Counted from the first letter of the stretch, positions 49,601-58,631 are shown. The stretch: 64,000 nucleotides of DNA from Gammaproteobacteria bacterium (GCA_965238175.1 CBDEGZ010000003.1:3040001-3104000); one strand, 5' to 3'. Notes: a model not told the origin generated them from the letters alone. Translations and numbers: made by a program.

Positions 49601-51875
49601 CGCCATCGCCATCAGGATCTGGATCAGTTCCATTGTCAGATTTATCAAGTACTTGTGGATACCCATTAGGTAAAAGTGCACTCGTGATCTCGGCCTGATT
49701 AAAAAATGGACCCGTTTGAGTTCCAATATCAACACGTACCGTAAGCGTCAAACTTTGACTTGTACCTGCTGCTATAGTGTCTGAACCTGCAAGTAAGTTT
49801 TTCTGGGATTGTCCATCATAAGGTGTCACTGGAGCAGTCAATGCCCCACGGTTAACTGCTGTAACAGCAATACTGTTTACCCCAGGAAAAGCCGCAGTTA
49901 AATCATCTGTAACTTGAACATTTAATGCATCTTCAGCAGCTAAATTCTCGATCACCATTCCGAACTCAATGTCATACGTCGTTCCTGAAACTAAACTGAC
50001 ACTGTTAACTTGTTTTGCTATCCCGAGCGAAATGAACCGACAACCATAGAGGGGTATAGCTGGATCGCCGGGATTGATTACCGATGCTAAACCAACTCCC
50101 CCTGCCGAACCGTTATAATTACCACCGTCTGGACCTGTTCCACCTGTGAGAGCATTACCTACTCCACCAGCACCACCTATAACGTTTTGGCCCGCAAGGC
50201 CATTTGTATGCGTAGTATCCGATAACCAGATAACACCACCAGCGCCACCACCACCAGCACCGTCTTGGCCATTCTGACTTGAACCACCAGCACCACCCGC
50301 TGCCGAAAGCGGTGTATTTATGACTGCAGTTCCAGTATGAACGAGGATTGTTCCGCCAGCACCACCACCACCACCACCTTCAGATTGTGCAGACCCAGCA
50401 GAGTCGCCATCAGCGCTTATCGTCCCATTACCTGTGATGTTCTTAGCTCTGATATATAAAATACCACCACCTGCTTGTCCACTAGAAACTGCCAGGACAA
50501 AACTGGCTAGATTATTACCGTTACTTCCACCACCACCACCACCCATGGCAAATCGAGTTGCAGTAGGCGTCCCACCATTAATTTGTTGGAAAAACGTACC
50601 ACCACCAATGCCGTGCGAGAACTGGTTATCAGTACCCCGTCCACCATCACCACCTCGATTTATATGGCCACCGCCACCGCCACCGCCATCTTCAGAAAAA
50701 CCTGCGCCAGAACCTGCATTACCAGGAGCACCTTGTCCCGTATCCCTTGTCCAATCCGTTTGCCATAAGACAGGAGGAATTGTAGCCGGAACAGGGTCAT
50801 TCGTATTTCCGAACAGGGCATCATTATCCACATCATCTCTAACGAATCTATATATATTCTGATAAGGGGCAGTATTGCCGAGATCGTCAGTTCCAGGATA
50901 ACCTACTGCACCTACTTCTTCACCTAAGGTGCCAGCATTTTCACTTAATAAGACCTGACTAAACGTCCGACTCGGTGAGCCAGCGATCCCCTCTCCCTTA
51001 AACCCAAAGTTATAGACATTCGCTTCAACTGTACCGGAAGGTCCATCACCATCATCCAAATTACGATTCCTGAAGAACTGTCCACCTCGAAAGCCTCTAC
51101 CCGTTGCATTGATACTACCCGCTACATTCAAGGTTTCTTGAACATTAAGCGCTGCAATACCACCCCATCGCCCATTCCATCGATCGGGAACTACCTCTCC
51201 TGTAGCGGTAATATCAAGGTTTACAAACTGAGGTACCTTGATAACTTGATAGCGACGAAAACCTGAATTGCCCGAAACCGTATCCGAGCTACTGTAAGCA
51301 TTGGTCAAACCACCACCAACTGCCGTACCTTCAACGGGAACTGAACCACCAGATACCGGACCCGTGGCAATCAAATACTCATAATGACCTACAGCTACAT
51401 TTGCAGGGAGATAGCCGGCTTGTTCAAAGCCGCCATTGCCATCACCATATTGCCCTACTGGCTGTCCAGCATCCACCAAATGCTGGTTAACAAAATGATT
51501 GTCGGCAGAGTCAATATCCGCCCCCTGCATCTGTACGATAATTAATATATCGCCCGCTGCAATGGTAGAGCTAACTCGCGCATCGAGATTCGTCGCCTGA
51601 GGACTATCAATGGGTATAGAGGTTGAACCAGCAGAAACTGTGACAGCGCCTGTCGGTGCTGGGTAATAGACATTTACACGAGTGAGTGGCGTGGTAATTT
51701 GTAGATGACCATCTTGTCCTGTAGAGCAAACAAGATCAGCCCACGCTGTTCCAGAAAAGGTGGCGAAAAGAAGGCTAATTAAACCAACAATACCAAACTT
51801 CTGTATCTGCTTTAAAAATAAACTAACTACCGTTCTACCTGAATCATTCAGATATTTTTTGGTCCGATTTCTCAT
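43683..51875 (-). CDS. Giant outer-membrane protein: Gly-rich N-domain, DUF11 and SdrD-B repeats, OmpA-like domain, C-terminal beta-barrel
   Basis: 2730 aa; signal peptide ending AWA; poly-Gly region; three DUF11-like and two SdrD-B-like units; IYFDSG..GHTD..LSEARA..NRRSEI; ~900 aa of amphipathic strands ending ..DIIGKW. Confidence 0.88.
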   Translation of the reverse strand: MRNRTKKYLNDSGRTVVSLFLKQIQKFGIVGLISLLFATFSGTAWADLVCSTGQDGHLQITTPLTRVNVYYPAPTGAVTVSAGSTSIPIDSPQATNLDARVSSTIAAGDILIIVQMQGADIDSADNHFVNQHLVDAGQPVGQYGDGNGGFEQAGYLPANVAVGHYEYLIATGPVSGGSVPVEGTAVGGGLTNAYSSSDTVSGNSGFRRYQVIKVPQFVNLDITATGEVVPDRWNGRWGGIAALNVQETLNVAGSINATGRGFRGGQFFRNRNLDDGDGPSGTVEANVYNFGFKGEGIAGSPSRTFSQVLLSENAGTLGEEVGAVGYPGTDDLGNTAPYQNIYRFVRDDVDNDALFGNTNDPVPATIPPVLWQTDWTRDTGQGAPGNAGSGAGFSEDGGGGGGGHINRGGDGGRGTDNQFSHGIGGGTFFQQINGGTPTATRFAMGGGGGGSNGNNLASFVLAVSSGQAGGGILYIRAKNITGNGTISADGDSAGSAQSEGGGGGGAGGTILVHTGTAVINTPLSAAGGAGGSSQNGQDGAGGGGAGGVIWLSDTTHTNGLAGQNVIGGAGGVGNALTGGTGPDGGNYNGSAGGVGLASVINPGDPAIPLYGCRFISLGIAKQVNSVSLVSGTTYDIEFGMVIENLAAEDALNVQVTDDLTAAFPGVNSIAVTAVNRGALTAPVTPYDGQSQKNLLAGSDTIAAGTSQSLTLTVRVDIGTQTGPFFNQAEITSALLPNGYPQVLDKSDNGTDPDPDGDGDPSETISLGGNSSENDPTQIILAVSSAISLTKEVAEVTQVGSNLRLRFRLVIQNTGVLNLNNLSLVDDVSTQFGSAFVAYETGSSTIVSSTATTNPNITNSLPNLFDGTSGRLDAGQQITFDFSVLINPQASGIPNPLTNQARITGEDVAAPGSFITDLSDSGVDPTTTNPGAPGDTTGSDDPTPITYTTGITGVVWLDTDGNDQLGSTENPLEGWTIIARDSNGNTVGTLVTTADGLFDFTGLTPGNFTIDAITPQGVTFYRETIPIPNATVVNVPIPVDPSGVIYNTVTRAPVPGVGIDLVDSSNNVVPTACLLPGQSGQVTSANGQYRFDLQLGVAGCTLLAGDYRVRLTTIPGGFIQPSTTILSEAGALDATTCPGDATTGPPCNLQAQATPPQAGDATRYFYTWALEAGDQDVINNHIPIDPLATTGSILLSKRADRSEAVIGDIVFYTLEAENTTSNNLDNIDIQDDLPGGFRYVPESALLIREGADGELGTLDDLKTIINPTGVDPINFGGLSFAPGEAIQIAYFTRVSTGVVAGEYVNTAIALFFGGPVSNQATAKVRIIQDPILQKTTIIGKVFDDRNSNGVQDKGEEGIPGVRLATVEGLLIETDRYGRYHIADIDGGRLDRGRNYIVKVDPATLPEGTVFVSENPRVLRITQALVSKFNFAVKLPEPGRLTLAGRPEVQETVKEEVVKLSNVVDPIYFDSGKSFIRPEHIKQLQEVLYLLSDKPNIRVHIVGHTDTQRLAPATARKYRDNQGLSEARAAKTARIFEQRMGLSKGSITTSGRSFNEPAATNETPEGMQLNRRSEIEVHYDIIEERTVEKKVFVASKPGDSRILLPDGGAIWAVEDPAANDPRLSIMAHSALIINDGSVAEPVTFSLYSNYKHFIDHWELAIFADSDRDMVQPIATLRGNDISFMDKVTWDGEGFNGQRYETGAPLTYVLRTYDAEGHMDETAPQFLKTIDADLIRNAQIADGLAIYGKSQLARQTIPVHGSRVRLHGVDLNKNHKLMVDGVEVPVAENNTFVIEQHLPPGQHTFDLELETSTEEKWAYAVPIDVTGKYMFLVGLANMTIGNNSVSGNASPLEVDDHFDEEIFVDGRLAMYLKGKIKGKYLITAQIDTTEDELKNIGSNLERKDPSRIFRRLDSDRFYPIYGDDSTTISDVDTQGAAYVRVDWDKSHFVWGNYHTGFTGNEFAQYDRSLYGVQLQHRSVNTTKFGDHKVELNGFGSEAQTSFAHNEFSATGGSLYYLRDKDIVQGSEKVWVEIRAKDTERVLENITLEEGRDYEIDYIQGRLILSRPLTQVANNSAPAIIKDRPLEGNNVYLLSDYEFVADGFEADKITAGGRSKVWVTDNLALGATVVKENRDDSDYRMHGTDVTLKLGKGTYVKGEYAKTDARQTDSDSQSLDGGLSFSDKNPVNGNDRVDGRAFSIEGKVNLTEVTEGKTDGRLEVWYKDRDSGFSAARVDNGIDTLDAGLEGQIQATENLTISGRGTVYDRDGLSKETNLSLQGDYAVTNEFAVGAEIRHEDIDDFLTGEDGSANLLGVSAEYFFTEQTRMYGALQGTLSEKDDYDDNDMATVGVTTQVNDRLALKGEVSVGDRGNAYVAGVEYAVNDKTTLSLSSGFGDGATSQVGANYTTASGVDLYGTYAIDPDRTGSKRSTLTMGSRREYANGLKLFSENQFVESDLQDGVSKVYGLDFALSDAWSLSASMQSSNLDVTGAEDIERDVLSVGAQYGSDGVQGSTRLEYRKDEGSVNATQWLTSNAIEWKQDPSLRWLGKLNFSVTNDDDDSRKDGKFTELDFGAAYRPTFNDKLNILAKYSFLFDLPSEGQISTRRPNDERSHVLSLEGLYDLDEYWELGGKLAYKRGDIRQDRDQGKWFETGARLAVVRARYHFIKHWDGLAEYRWLQSETEDDMRHGALLGLYRHLGDNVKVGAGYNFTKFDDDLTRQDYDVHGLFLDIIGKW

Positions 51876-52085
51876 TCAACATCCCCTCAGAGTTGCAATT
51901 TGATACCGACAGCAGATTAAAAATAACCAGTTGTTCGACATCCTCAGTTGTTCAAGCTATATCACTTACAATACTAAATTTGTATTTATAACTGCATGTT
52001 TCATGCCATTTTCACCAAATTAAAGACTTTTATTTCACTTCAATTGTAGTTACCTTACATTTTTATTATTTTTAGAGATTTGTAT

Positions 52086-52667
52086 ATGTCTGGAGCCCTC
52101 TATTATCAACTCGAAACAACCCTGTTAAACGCAGGCTCGATAATTTCACCTGCTGAAGCACAGGGCGCATTGTGTGGGATCCTTAGTCTCTCTTCAACAC
52201 TTGATATTAATGTCTGGATGAATTTCATCCTTGACGAACAAACTCAGGCTGATACTCAAGCTGAACAACGATCAAACCTGAATGCTGAGCTGGTCGAACT
52301 GCAGGATATGACTGAAAATGGTTTTGATCCAATCTCAGGTGGTATGGAACTCTTATTACCTCCAGATGAGACAGATCTACCTGAACGATTAGAAGCACTA
52401 GCTTCCTGGTGCGAAGGGTTTCTTTACGGAGTTGGAGTCAGTGATAATGAGTTAGGCAAAAAGAACAAATTATCTGAAAGTGCAGAGGAATTTATAACCG
52501 ACGTTCGTGAAATCGGAAAGCTCGATACAAAATCTGAAGATGAAGACGCCGAACATTACTATATGGAACTCTTTGAATATATCCGCGTAGGTGTGCTAGT
52601 TTTCCGTGAAGAAATCCAAGCGAATGCTATAATTTCAAGCTCTCTCTCAAATAAAATTCAACATTAA
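52086..52667 (+). CDS. ygfB: UPF0149 family protein (YgfB/YecA)
   Basis: SPAEAQG.LCG, LLLP.DE..L.ER.EAL..WCEGFL.G, EL.EY.RVG; upstream of pepP. Confidence 0.9.
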   Translation: MSGALYYQLETTLLNAGSIISPAEAQGALCGILSLSSTLDINVWMNFILDEQTQADTQAEQRSNLNAELVELQDMTENGFDPISGGMELLLPPDETDLPERLEALASWCEGFLYGVGVSDNELGKKNKLSESAEEFITDVREIGKLDTKSEDEDAEHYYMELFEYIRVGVLVFREEIQANAIISSSLSNKIQH

Positions 52668-52669
52668 TT

Positions 52670-53983
52670 ATGGAAAGAAAAGAATTCGCACGCCGTCGCA
52701 AACGCCTGATGGATATCATGAACATCGGCAGTATCGCAATTTTGCCAACTTCAGAAATACGTAGTCGCAATAATGACGTCGATTATCAATATCGACCCGA
52801 TAGTGATTTTTATTATCTAACCGGCTTTCCAGAACCAGAAGCCGTGGCCGTTTTAATTCCTGATCGCAAACATGGTGAATTTATCCTCTTTTGTCGTGAA
52901 AAAGATCCAGAAATGGAAACATGGCATGGTCGACGCTCTGGTCTTGAAAAGGCGGTTGAATATTACGGTGCTGATGATGCATTTCCAATTGGCGATATTG
53001 ATGAAATTTTACCGGGCTTGATCGAAAACAAAGATCGCGTTTTTTACAACATGGGAATTGATCCTAATTTTGATGCGCATATACAAGGCTGGGTTAATCA
53101 AGTGCGAAATAAAGCCCGATCAGGTGTCACCGCACCAGAAGAATTTATCTCACTAGGCCACGCATTGCATGAACTACGTCTGTTTAAAAGTCGTGGTGAG
53201 ATCAAAGCCATGCGTCGTGCAGCACAGATCTCGGCCAAGGCACACACTCGTGCAATGAAACAATGTCGGCCAGGCATGAAGGAATACCAGATTGAAGCAG
53301 AGTTATTACACGAATTTATGAAGCATGGATGCCGTTCATCCGCATACCCATCAATTATCGGTGGCGGCGAAAATGGATGTATTCTCCATTACACAGAAAA
53401 TTCTGATCCATTGAATGATGGCGATCTATTATTGATCGACGCTGGCACTGAACATGATTGTTACGCAAGCGATATTACCCGCACCTTCCCAGTTAACGGC
53501 CAGTTTAGCCCAGCACAAAAAATACTCTATGAAATTGTGCTGCAAGCGCAGGAAGCTGCAATAGAAAAAATCCAACCAGGCAACCACTGGAATGATCCAC
53601 ATAAAGCCGCCGTTCGGATAATTACCCGCGGACTAAAAGAAATCGGCCTACTCAAAGGTCGCCTACCAACTTTGATCAAACAAGAAGCCTATCGGCCTTT
53701 TTATATGCATCGTACTGGCCACTGGTTAGGAATGGATGTACACGACGTTGGTGACTACAAAGTCAATGGGGATTGGCGCATGCTTGAAGCAGGTATGATT
53801 ATGACTGTTGAGCCAGGGCTCTATATCAAAGAGCATTCTCGCGGTGTCGCAAAAAAATGGTGGAACATGGGCATTCGTATCGAAGACGATGTTCTCGTGA
53901 CTCGAAACGGACACGATATCCTTAGTAAAGATGTACCAAAATCCATCGCAGAAATTGAAGCTCTGATGGATCATGCAACCTGA
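52670..53983 (+). CDS. pepP: Xaa-Pro aminopeptidase
   Basis: SDFYYLTGFPEPEA, LHY.EN, YASDITRTFP, HRTGHWLGMDVHDVG, EPGLY, GIRIEDDV. Confidence 0.97.
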   Translation: MERKEFARRRKRLMDIMNIGSIAILPTSEIRSRNNDVDYQYRPDSDFYYLTGFPEPEAVAVLIPDRKHGEFILFCREKDPEMETWHGRRSGLEKAVEYYGADDAFPIGDIDEILPGLIENKDRVFYNMGIDPNFDAHIQGWVNQVRNKARSGVTAPEEFISLGHALHELRLFKSRGEIKAMRRAAQISAKAHTRAMKQCRPGMKEYQIEAELLHEFMKHGCRSSAYPSIIGGGENGCILHYTENSDPLNDGDLLLIDAGTEHDCYASDITRTFPVNGQFSPAQKILYEIVLQAQEAAIEKIQPGNHWNDPHKAAVRIITRGLKEIGLLKGRLPTLIKQEAYRPFYMHRTGHWLGMDVHDVGDYKVNGDWRMLEAGMIMTVEPGLYIKEHSRGVAKKWWNMGIRIEDDVLVTRNGHDILSKDVPKSIAEIEALMDHAT

Positions 53984-55208
53984 TTTTGATTGCTTGATCG
54001 TCGGTGGTGGAATGGTTGGAGCGAGCCTGGCCTGCGCACTTCGCAATCAAACTTTAGACAATCGACCGATCAAAATTGCGGTTGTCGAAGCATCCGCTCC
54101 CAGTAAAAATAATCCTCCTAGCTATGATGATCGTGGACTAGGAATTGCTCCTGCATCGCAACGGATCCTGCAAGGTCTTGGCTTATGGGGAAAACTCAAA
54201 GTGGAAGCAACACCGATCAAAAAAATTCATATTTCTGATCGTGGCCATTTTGCAACAACGCGACTGTCAGCAGAAAAAATGGGCGCCGTTCAACTTGGCC
54301 ATATTGTCATCGGACGTGCGTTGGGTGAAGTTCTACAAAATAGCATCGACAACTCTGCAAATATCGAATTCATCTGTCCAGCAACCGTTTCTAATATAGA
54401 ACATCAAAGTGATCATATTTCTATAGACATTCAGAACCCAAACAAGACTAAAAAAATCACCGCAAGTTTACTGATTGCTGCTGACGGTGGTAATTCACAA
54501 GTTAGAAAAATACTCGGTGTTGAAGCTGAAACTAAAGAATATGATCAAACTGCAATAGTAACCAACGTCACACCTGAAATACCGCATAACAATACCGCCT
54601 TTGAGCGTTTCACATCCACAGGCCCTCTGGCATTACTCCCCTCTTCGGATCAAAGATGTGTCGTTGTCTGGACAACTAAAACTGATCAAGTCGATTCCAT
54701 CATGCAACTCGAAGATCCGGAGTTTCTTGACCAATTAGAAAAAAGATTTGGCCGTCGATTAGGAAAGTTTTTAAAGATGGGCCAGCGTCGAAGCTACCCA
54801 ATGAATTTGATCAAAGCCAAGCAACTGATAGGTCCACGATTTGCAATTCTCGGTAATGCTGCACACACCATTCATCCAAATGCTGCACAGGGTTTAAACC
54901 TTGGGCTTAGAGATATTACGCAAATGGCAGAGTTAATCGTTGATGCCGCTCGCAACAATAAAGATATTGGTCACCCAGAATTACTGAATACTTATGCGGA
55001 ATCACGTCAAAAAGATCACCAGCAAGTGATCCATTTTAGCGATGGTTTGACCAAACTATTCTACAACGACAACCCTGTTCTAATCACCCTACGGAATCTT
55101 GCAATGTTAGGTGTTGAACATTTCCCACCTGCAAAACGTGCTTTAACAAGACGTGCGATGGGACTATCAGGTGAGCCACCCCGTTTGGTCAGAGGGCTAC
55201 CTCTTTGA
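53973..55208 (+). CDS. ubiH: 2-octaprenyl-6-methoxyphenol hydroxylase
   Basis: GGGMVGASLA, AADG, AFERFT..GPLALLP, GNAAHTIHP.A.QG.NLGLRD; pepP-ubiH synteny. Confidence 0.92.
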   Translation: MQPDFDCLIVGGGMVGASLACALRNQTLDNRPIKIAVVEASAPSKNNPPSYDDRGLGIAPASQRILQGLGLWGKLKVEATPIKKIHISDRGHFATTRLSAEKMGAVQLGHIVIGRALGEVLQNSIDNSANIEFICPATVSNIEHQSDHISIDIQNPNKTKKITASLLIAADGGNSQVRKILGVEAETKEYDQTAIVTNVTPEIPHNNTAFERFTSTGPLALLPSSDQRCVVVWTTKTDQVDSIMQLEDPEFLDQLEKRFGRRLGKFLKMGQRRSYPMNLIKAKQLIGPRFAILGNAAHTIHPNAAQGLNLGLRDITQMAELIVDAARNNKDIGHPELLNTYAESRQKDHQQVIHFSDGLTKLFYNDNPVLITLRNLAMLGVEHFPPAKRALTRRAMGLSGEPPRLVRGLPL

Positions 55209-56428
55209 GAACAGTACGTAATAATAAAATAGACTATGATTTGATCATCATAGGTGGCGGTGTCACCGGATCTGTTTTAGCTGTCCTGTTAGAACAAACC
55301 AATCTGAAAATTGCACTTGTAGAAGCTAACCGTTTTGATCCCGAAAAAAATGATCCTCGTGTGTTTGCTATCACGCTATCTTCAGAACAAATTTTTCGTT
55401 CTGCTGGAATTTGGGAAGAGCTTCAATCTCAACCCATGGGACATTTCAGAGAGATAAACGTTTGGGATGCGAACGGTTCTGGAAACATTCATTTCGACAG
55501 TAAAACAATTTGCGAACCAACCTTAGGTTACATAATCGAAAACCAAAAAATTCAATCAGCCCTTAAAAATAAAATTGATCCGCTCGAAAATATTGACTGG
55601 CATTGCCCAGAAAAAATTGATCAACTGACAACACATTCTGATCATGTTTCTGTCTTACTAGAATCAGGAAAAAAAATCACATCAAAATTGATCGTTGGTG
55701 CCGATGGTGCTAATTCGCGCGTGCGTGAACTTGCTGAGATTAAAAACGAAATCTACGACTACCAACAAACTGCGATTGTTTGTTCAGTAAAAACCCAAGT
55801 TGTACATAATGATATTGCCAGACAACGTTTTTTAAGCTCCGGGCCACTCGCCTTTCTACCACTTTCAGATCCGCATATGAGCTCGATTGTCTGGTCAACG
55901 ACACCAAATCAAGCCCAAGCTTTGCTCAAAAGCAACGAAGAAATATTTCATCAAGAACTTGAACAAGCATTCGATTCAAAACTCGGATCCATTCTGGAAT
56001 CTAGCCATCGATTCAGCTTTCCTCTCACTCGTGCACATGCAAAAAACTACGTCACAGAAAGAATCGCCTTGATCGGCGATGCTGCTCATCGCGTACACCC
56101 GTTAGCCGGGCAAGGTGCAAACCTAGGAATTCTCGATGCCACCACATTAGCCGAAATTCTTATACAACATTCTGAACATGATATTGGCCGCAAATCCATC
56201 CTGCGAAAATACGAACGCTGGCGCAAGGGCGAGAACCTCAGCGTTATTGCCACGATGGATGGTTTTAAATACTTATTCGGATCAACTTTAGAACCCGTTC
56301 AATGGATCAGAAACACTGGGCTTGATATAACTAACTCTTCAACTTTTGCAAAAAACCTGATCATGCGAAAAGTGATAGGGTTGGAAGGCGATCTTCCTAA
56401 GATTGCTCTTACTAATGATATCTCATGA
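55205..56428 (+). CDS. ubiI: FAD-dependent ubiquinone hydroxylase UbiI/VisC
   Basis: GGGVTG, GADGANS.VR, ARQRFL..GPLAFLP, GDAAHRVHPLAGQGANLG; follows ubiH. Confidence 0.87.
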   Translation: MRTVRNNKIDYDLIIIGGGVTGSVLAVLLEQTNLKIALVEANRFDPEKNDPRVFAITLSSEQIFRSAGIWEELQSQPMGHFREINVWDANGSGNIHFDSKTICEPTLGYIIENQKIQSALKNKIDPLENIDWHCPEKIDQLTTHSDHVSVLLESGKKITSKLIVGADGANSRVRELAEIKNEIYDYQQTAIVCSVKTQVVHNDIARQRFLSSGPLAFLPLSDPHMSSIVWSTTPNQAQALLKSNEEIFHQELEQAFDSKLGSILESSHRFSFPLTRAHAKNYVTERIALIGDAAHRVHPLAGQGANLGILDATTLAEILIQHSEHDIGRKSILRKYERWRKGENLSVIATMDGFKYLFGSTLEPVQWIRNTGLDITNSSTFAKNLIMRKVIGLEGDLPKIALTNDIS

Positions 56429-56594
56429 CCAAAACTGCATTTTTACATCTTTATGATTTGCCTAATCTTTACAGCTGCCGGAACAATTTACTGCGTTGTT
56501 CAACCTTTAGAACTACGCTAATGAGAAAAAACTCGCCACTCTCAACAAATTAATTAACGAATACAAAAGTGAAAGGCAGCTCATATATGTAGAT

Positions 56595-56870
56595 ATGGAA
56601 GATCCTGAGTATAAGAAGATCTTAAAATCAGGCAGTAGTATTTCTCTAAGTGCTATTCAAGAAAAGGTGCTCCCAAAATGTTTACTATTTGGAACCTGCA
56701 TATTTATGCTTTCACTATTTAACCGAAACATAAAAATAAGAGATTTATTTATTATCAACATAGTCCTTATCTTCAGCTTTTTTATGATCAGAAATCTAGC
56801 TTTATTCATTCCTGTTACCTTGGGCTATCTTGCTATAGTGGCTCGAAAATCAATAAGAATGCTTAACTAA
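56595..56870 (+). CDS. Small hydrophobic ORF, possibly a gene fragment
   Basis: 91 aa with hydrophobic segments; no recognised motif. Confidence 0.3.
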   Translation: MEDPEYKKILKSGSSISLSAIQEKVLPKCLLFGTCIFMLSLFNRNIKIRDLFIINIVLIFSFFMIRNLALFIPVTLGYLAIVARKSIRMLN

Positions 56871-57507
56871 TAAACGTATCCTCGAGAAACTCAACTTTTC
56901 CCGTTGAGACATCATACACAGCACCGATAATTCCAATCTCATGAGCATCCAACATATCATCAATAATATCACTTAATCGAATGATTGATTCGATCTGATA
57001 CCGAACATTGAGGTGATTTATTTTTTCGACAAAATCAGGGTTTTCCGAAGTGCGATCAGCTTTATTGGTGACTGTTTTCTCATGGCGTATTGAAGGTTTT
57101 ATCAGGTTTACAATTTCGCCAATGTGACCATCTTTAAAATCATCGCAGGCTGCTTTTACGGCTCCGCACCCTGTGTGCCCCATCACTACAATTAACTTGC
57201 TCCCCAAGTATTTGGTGCTGAACTCAAGACTTCCTATACATTTATCAGATGCAATACTTCCGGCAAGACGCACACTAAAAATGTCTCCCAGTGCCTGATC
57301 AAAAAGTAACTCCACTGGCGCTCTTGAATCACTGCAACTTAGTACAGAAACAAACGGATGCTGTTTGTCTTTTGTCATGTGGATAAGACTAGGGAAATCT
57401 TTATCATCCATATAATTATCAAGAAAACGATTATTGCCTTCCACCAAAATTTCTAATACTTCGGACGGTTTAATCTTGTCACGATCCAGTAATGGGTGTT
57501 TGTACAC
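56863..57507 (-). CDS. Beta-class carbonic anhydrase
   Basis: GN.RF, CSDSR, FDQ.LGD.F.VR.AG, H..CGAV zinc ligands. Confidence 0.95.
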   Translation of the reverse strand: MYKHPLLDRDKIKPSEVLEILVEGNNRFLDNYMDDKDFPSLIHMTKDKQHPFVSVLSCSDSRAPVELLFDQALGDIFSVRLAGSIASDKCIGSLEFSTKYLGSKLIVVMGHTGCGAVKAACDDFKDGHIGEIVNLIKPSIRHEKTVTNKADRTSENPDFVEKINHLNVRYQIESIIRLSDIIDDMLDAHEIGIIGAVYDVSTGKVEFLEDTFIS

Positions 57508-57674
57508 TGATTATCTCCAATGTAGAAAAAGCAATTCTCACATATGAACTACTGTTTTTATATGGGAATAATTCTTATTATTTGAAATTTAAAAGTGCAC
57601 CCAAAATACTTAAAATCCCCATCACGCTCTTCTTAAATGATCAGTCCATAGTGCTCAGATCATTTTTCCTAAAA

Positions 57675-58631
57675 TCAATATTTACTGAATCTGGGCACCC
57701 AATTCTTCACATTTTTTCTGTATTCAAACCACTCATCGCCAAATCGTTTTTCTATATCAACAGTATGATGCCACCGTACGAAAAGTTCGGAATAGACAAA
57801 CACAACGAAAATGGGAAAGAGCATCATCCAACTTTTATACGCAAACATAATGCTAATAAATATCATCATTGTTGAGACCTGCAAAGGGTTCGCAACATAA
57901 CTATATATTCCCGTTGTGACTAACTTTTGTGGTGGATCAAATGGAATCGGAGTACCTCGACCTTTGCTTGCAAATTCGATCAAGGCAAGGTATCCAGGCA
58001 CCATACTAAAACCCAGGCCAAGTAAAGAAATGCTTGTATGAAGCAAACTCATATGAAAAAAGTTGAAAATATTTTTATCATTTATATACAGTACAATGGA
58101 CGGAATTAAAAATACTATCCAGCCTCCCCAGATATAGGATTGGATCAATGCTCTGGCTAAAACTTGTTGTCGATTAGCTGTTAATTGATAAATTAACAAC
58201 GACGGAAATAGACAACTTATTATTAGTACCGCTTCTCCAACCAACCAATTCTCTCCTAGTGAAAATATTGGTTCTAACAACGGCATACAAAAAATATCAA
58301 TCATTAATGCCACTGCTATCGGAAATATGATATTCAAAGAGCTAAAAACATACGGCAAAAATACTCCCCAAAAGATTGACCAACCAATAATAATTTCCAG
58401 AGGAATATTAGTATAACTATTCTCAGAGGAAGGGTAAGACCACCATCCCATATACTCGGCCAAGAAATTCATTAAGAGAATATAGGGGATCGACAAAAGC
58501 AAACCTAACATTAAACCAACCAGCTCAAAATATGTTGGGCGTCTTATAACAAAAGCGATCCCTATGCCTATCACTGGCATAAGCAAGATCAGGGACTTTA
58601 AAATCTCTGAATTAATTTCGATTAATTGCAT
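57675..58631 (-). CDS. Multi-TM protein with C-terminal ICMT/PEMT-type methyltransferase domain
   Basis: GRGTPIPFDPPQKLVTTGIYSYVANPLQ...RFG.EW.EYR..V..W.PR. Confidence 0.85.
   Translation of the reverse strand: MQLIEINSEILKSLILLMPVIGIGIAFVIRRPTYFELVGLMLGLLLSIPYILLMNFLAEYMGWWSYPSSENSYTNIPLEIIIGWSIFWGVFLPYVFSSLNIIFPIAVALMIDIFCMPLLEPIFSLGENWLVGEAVLIISCLFPSLLIYQLTANRQQVLARALIQSYIWGGWIVFLIPSIVLYINDKNIFNFFHMSLLHTSISLLGLGFSMVPGYLALIEFASKGRGTPIPFDPPQKLVTTGIYSYVANPLQVSTMMIFISIMFAYKSWMMLFPIFVVFVYSELFVRWHHTVDIEKRFGDEWFEYRKNVKNWVPRFSKY

Noticed and set aside
50434-50862. Pro-rich plus-strand ORF
   Set aside because: Mirror of poly-Gly codons in the giant gene.
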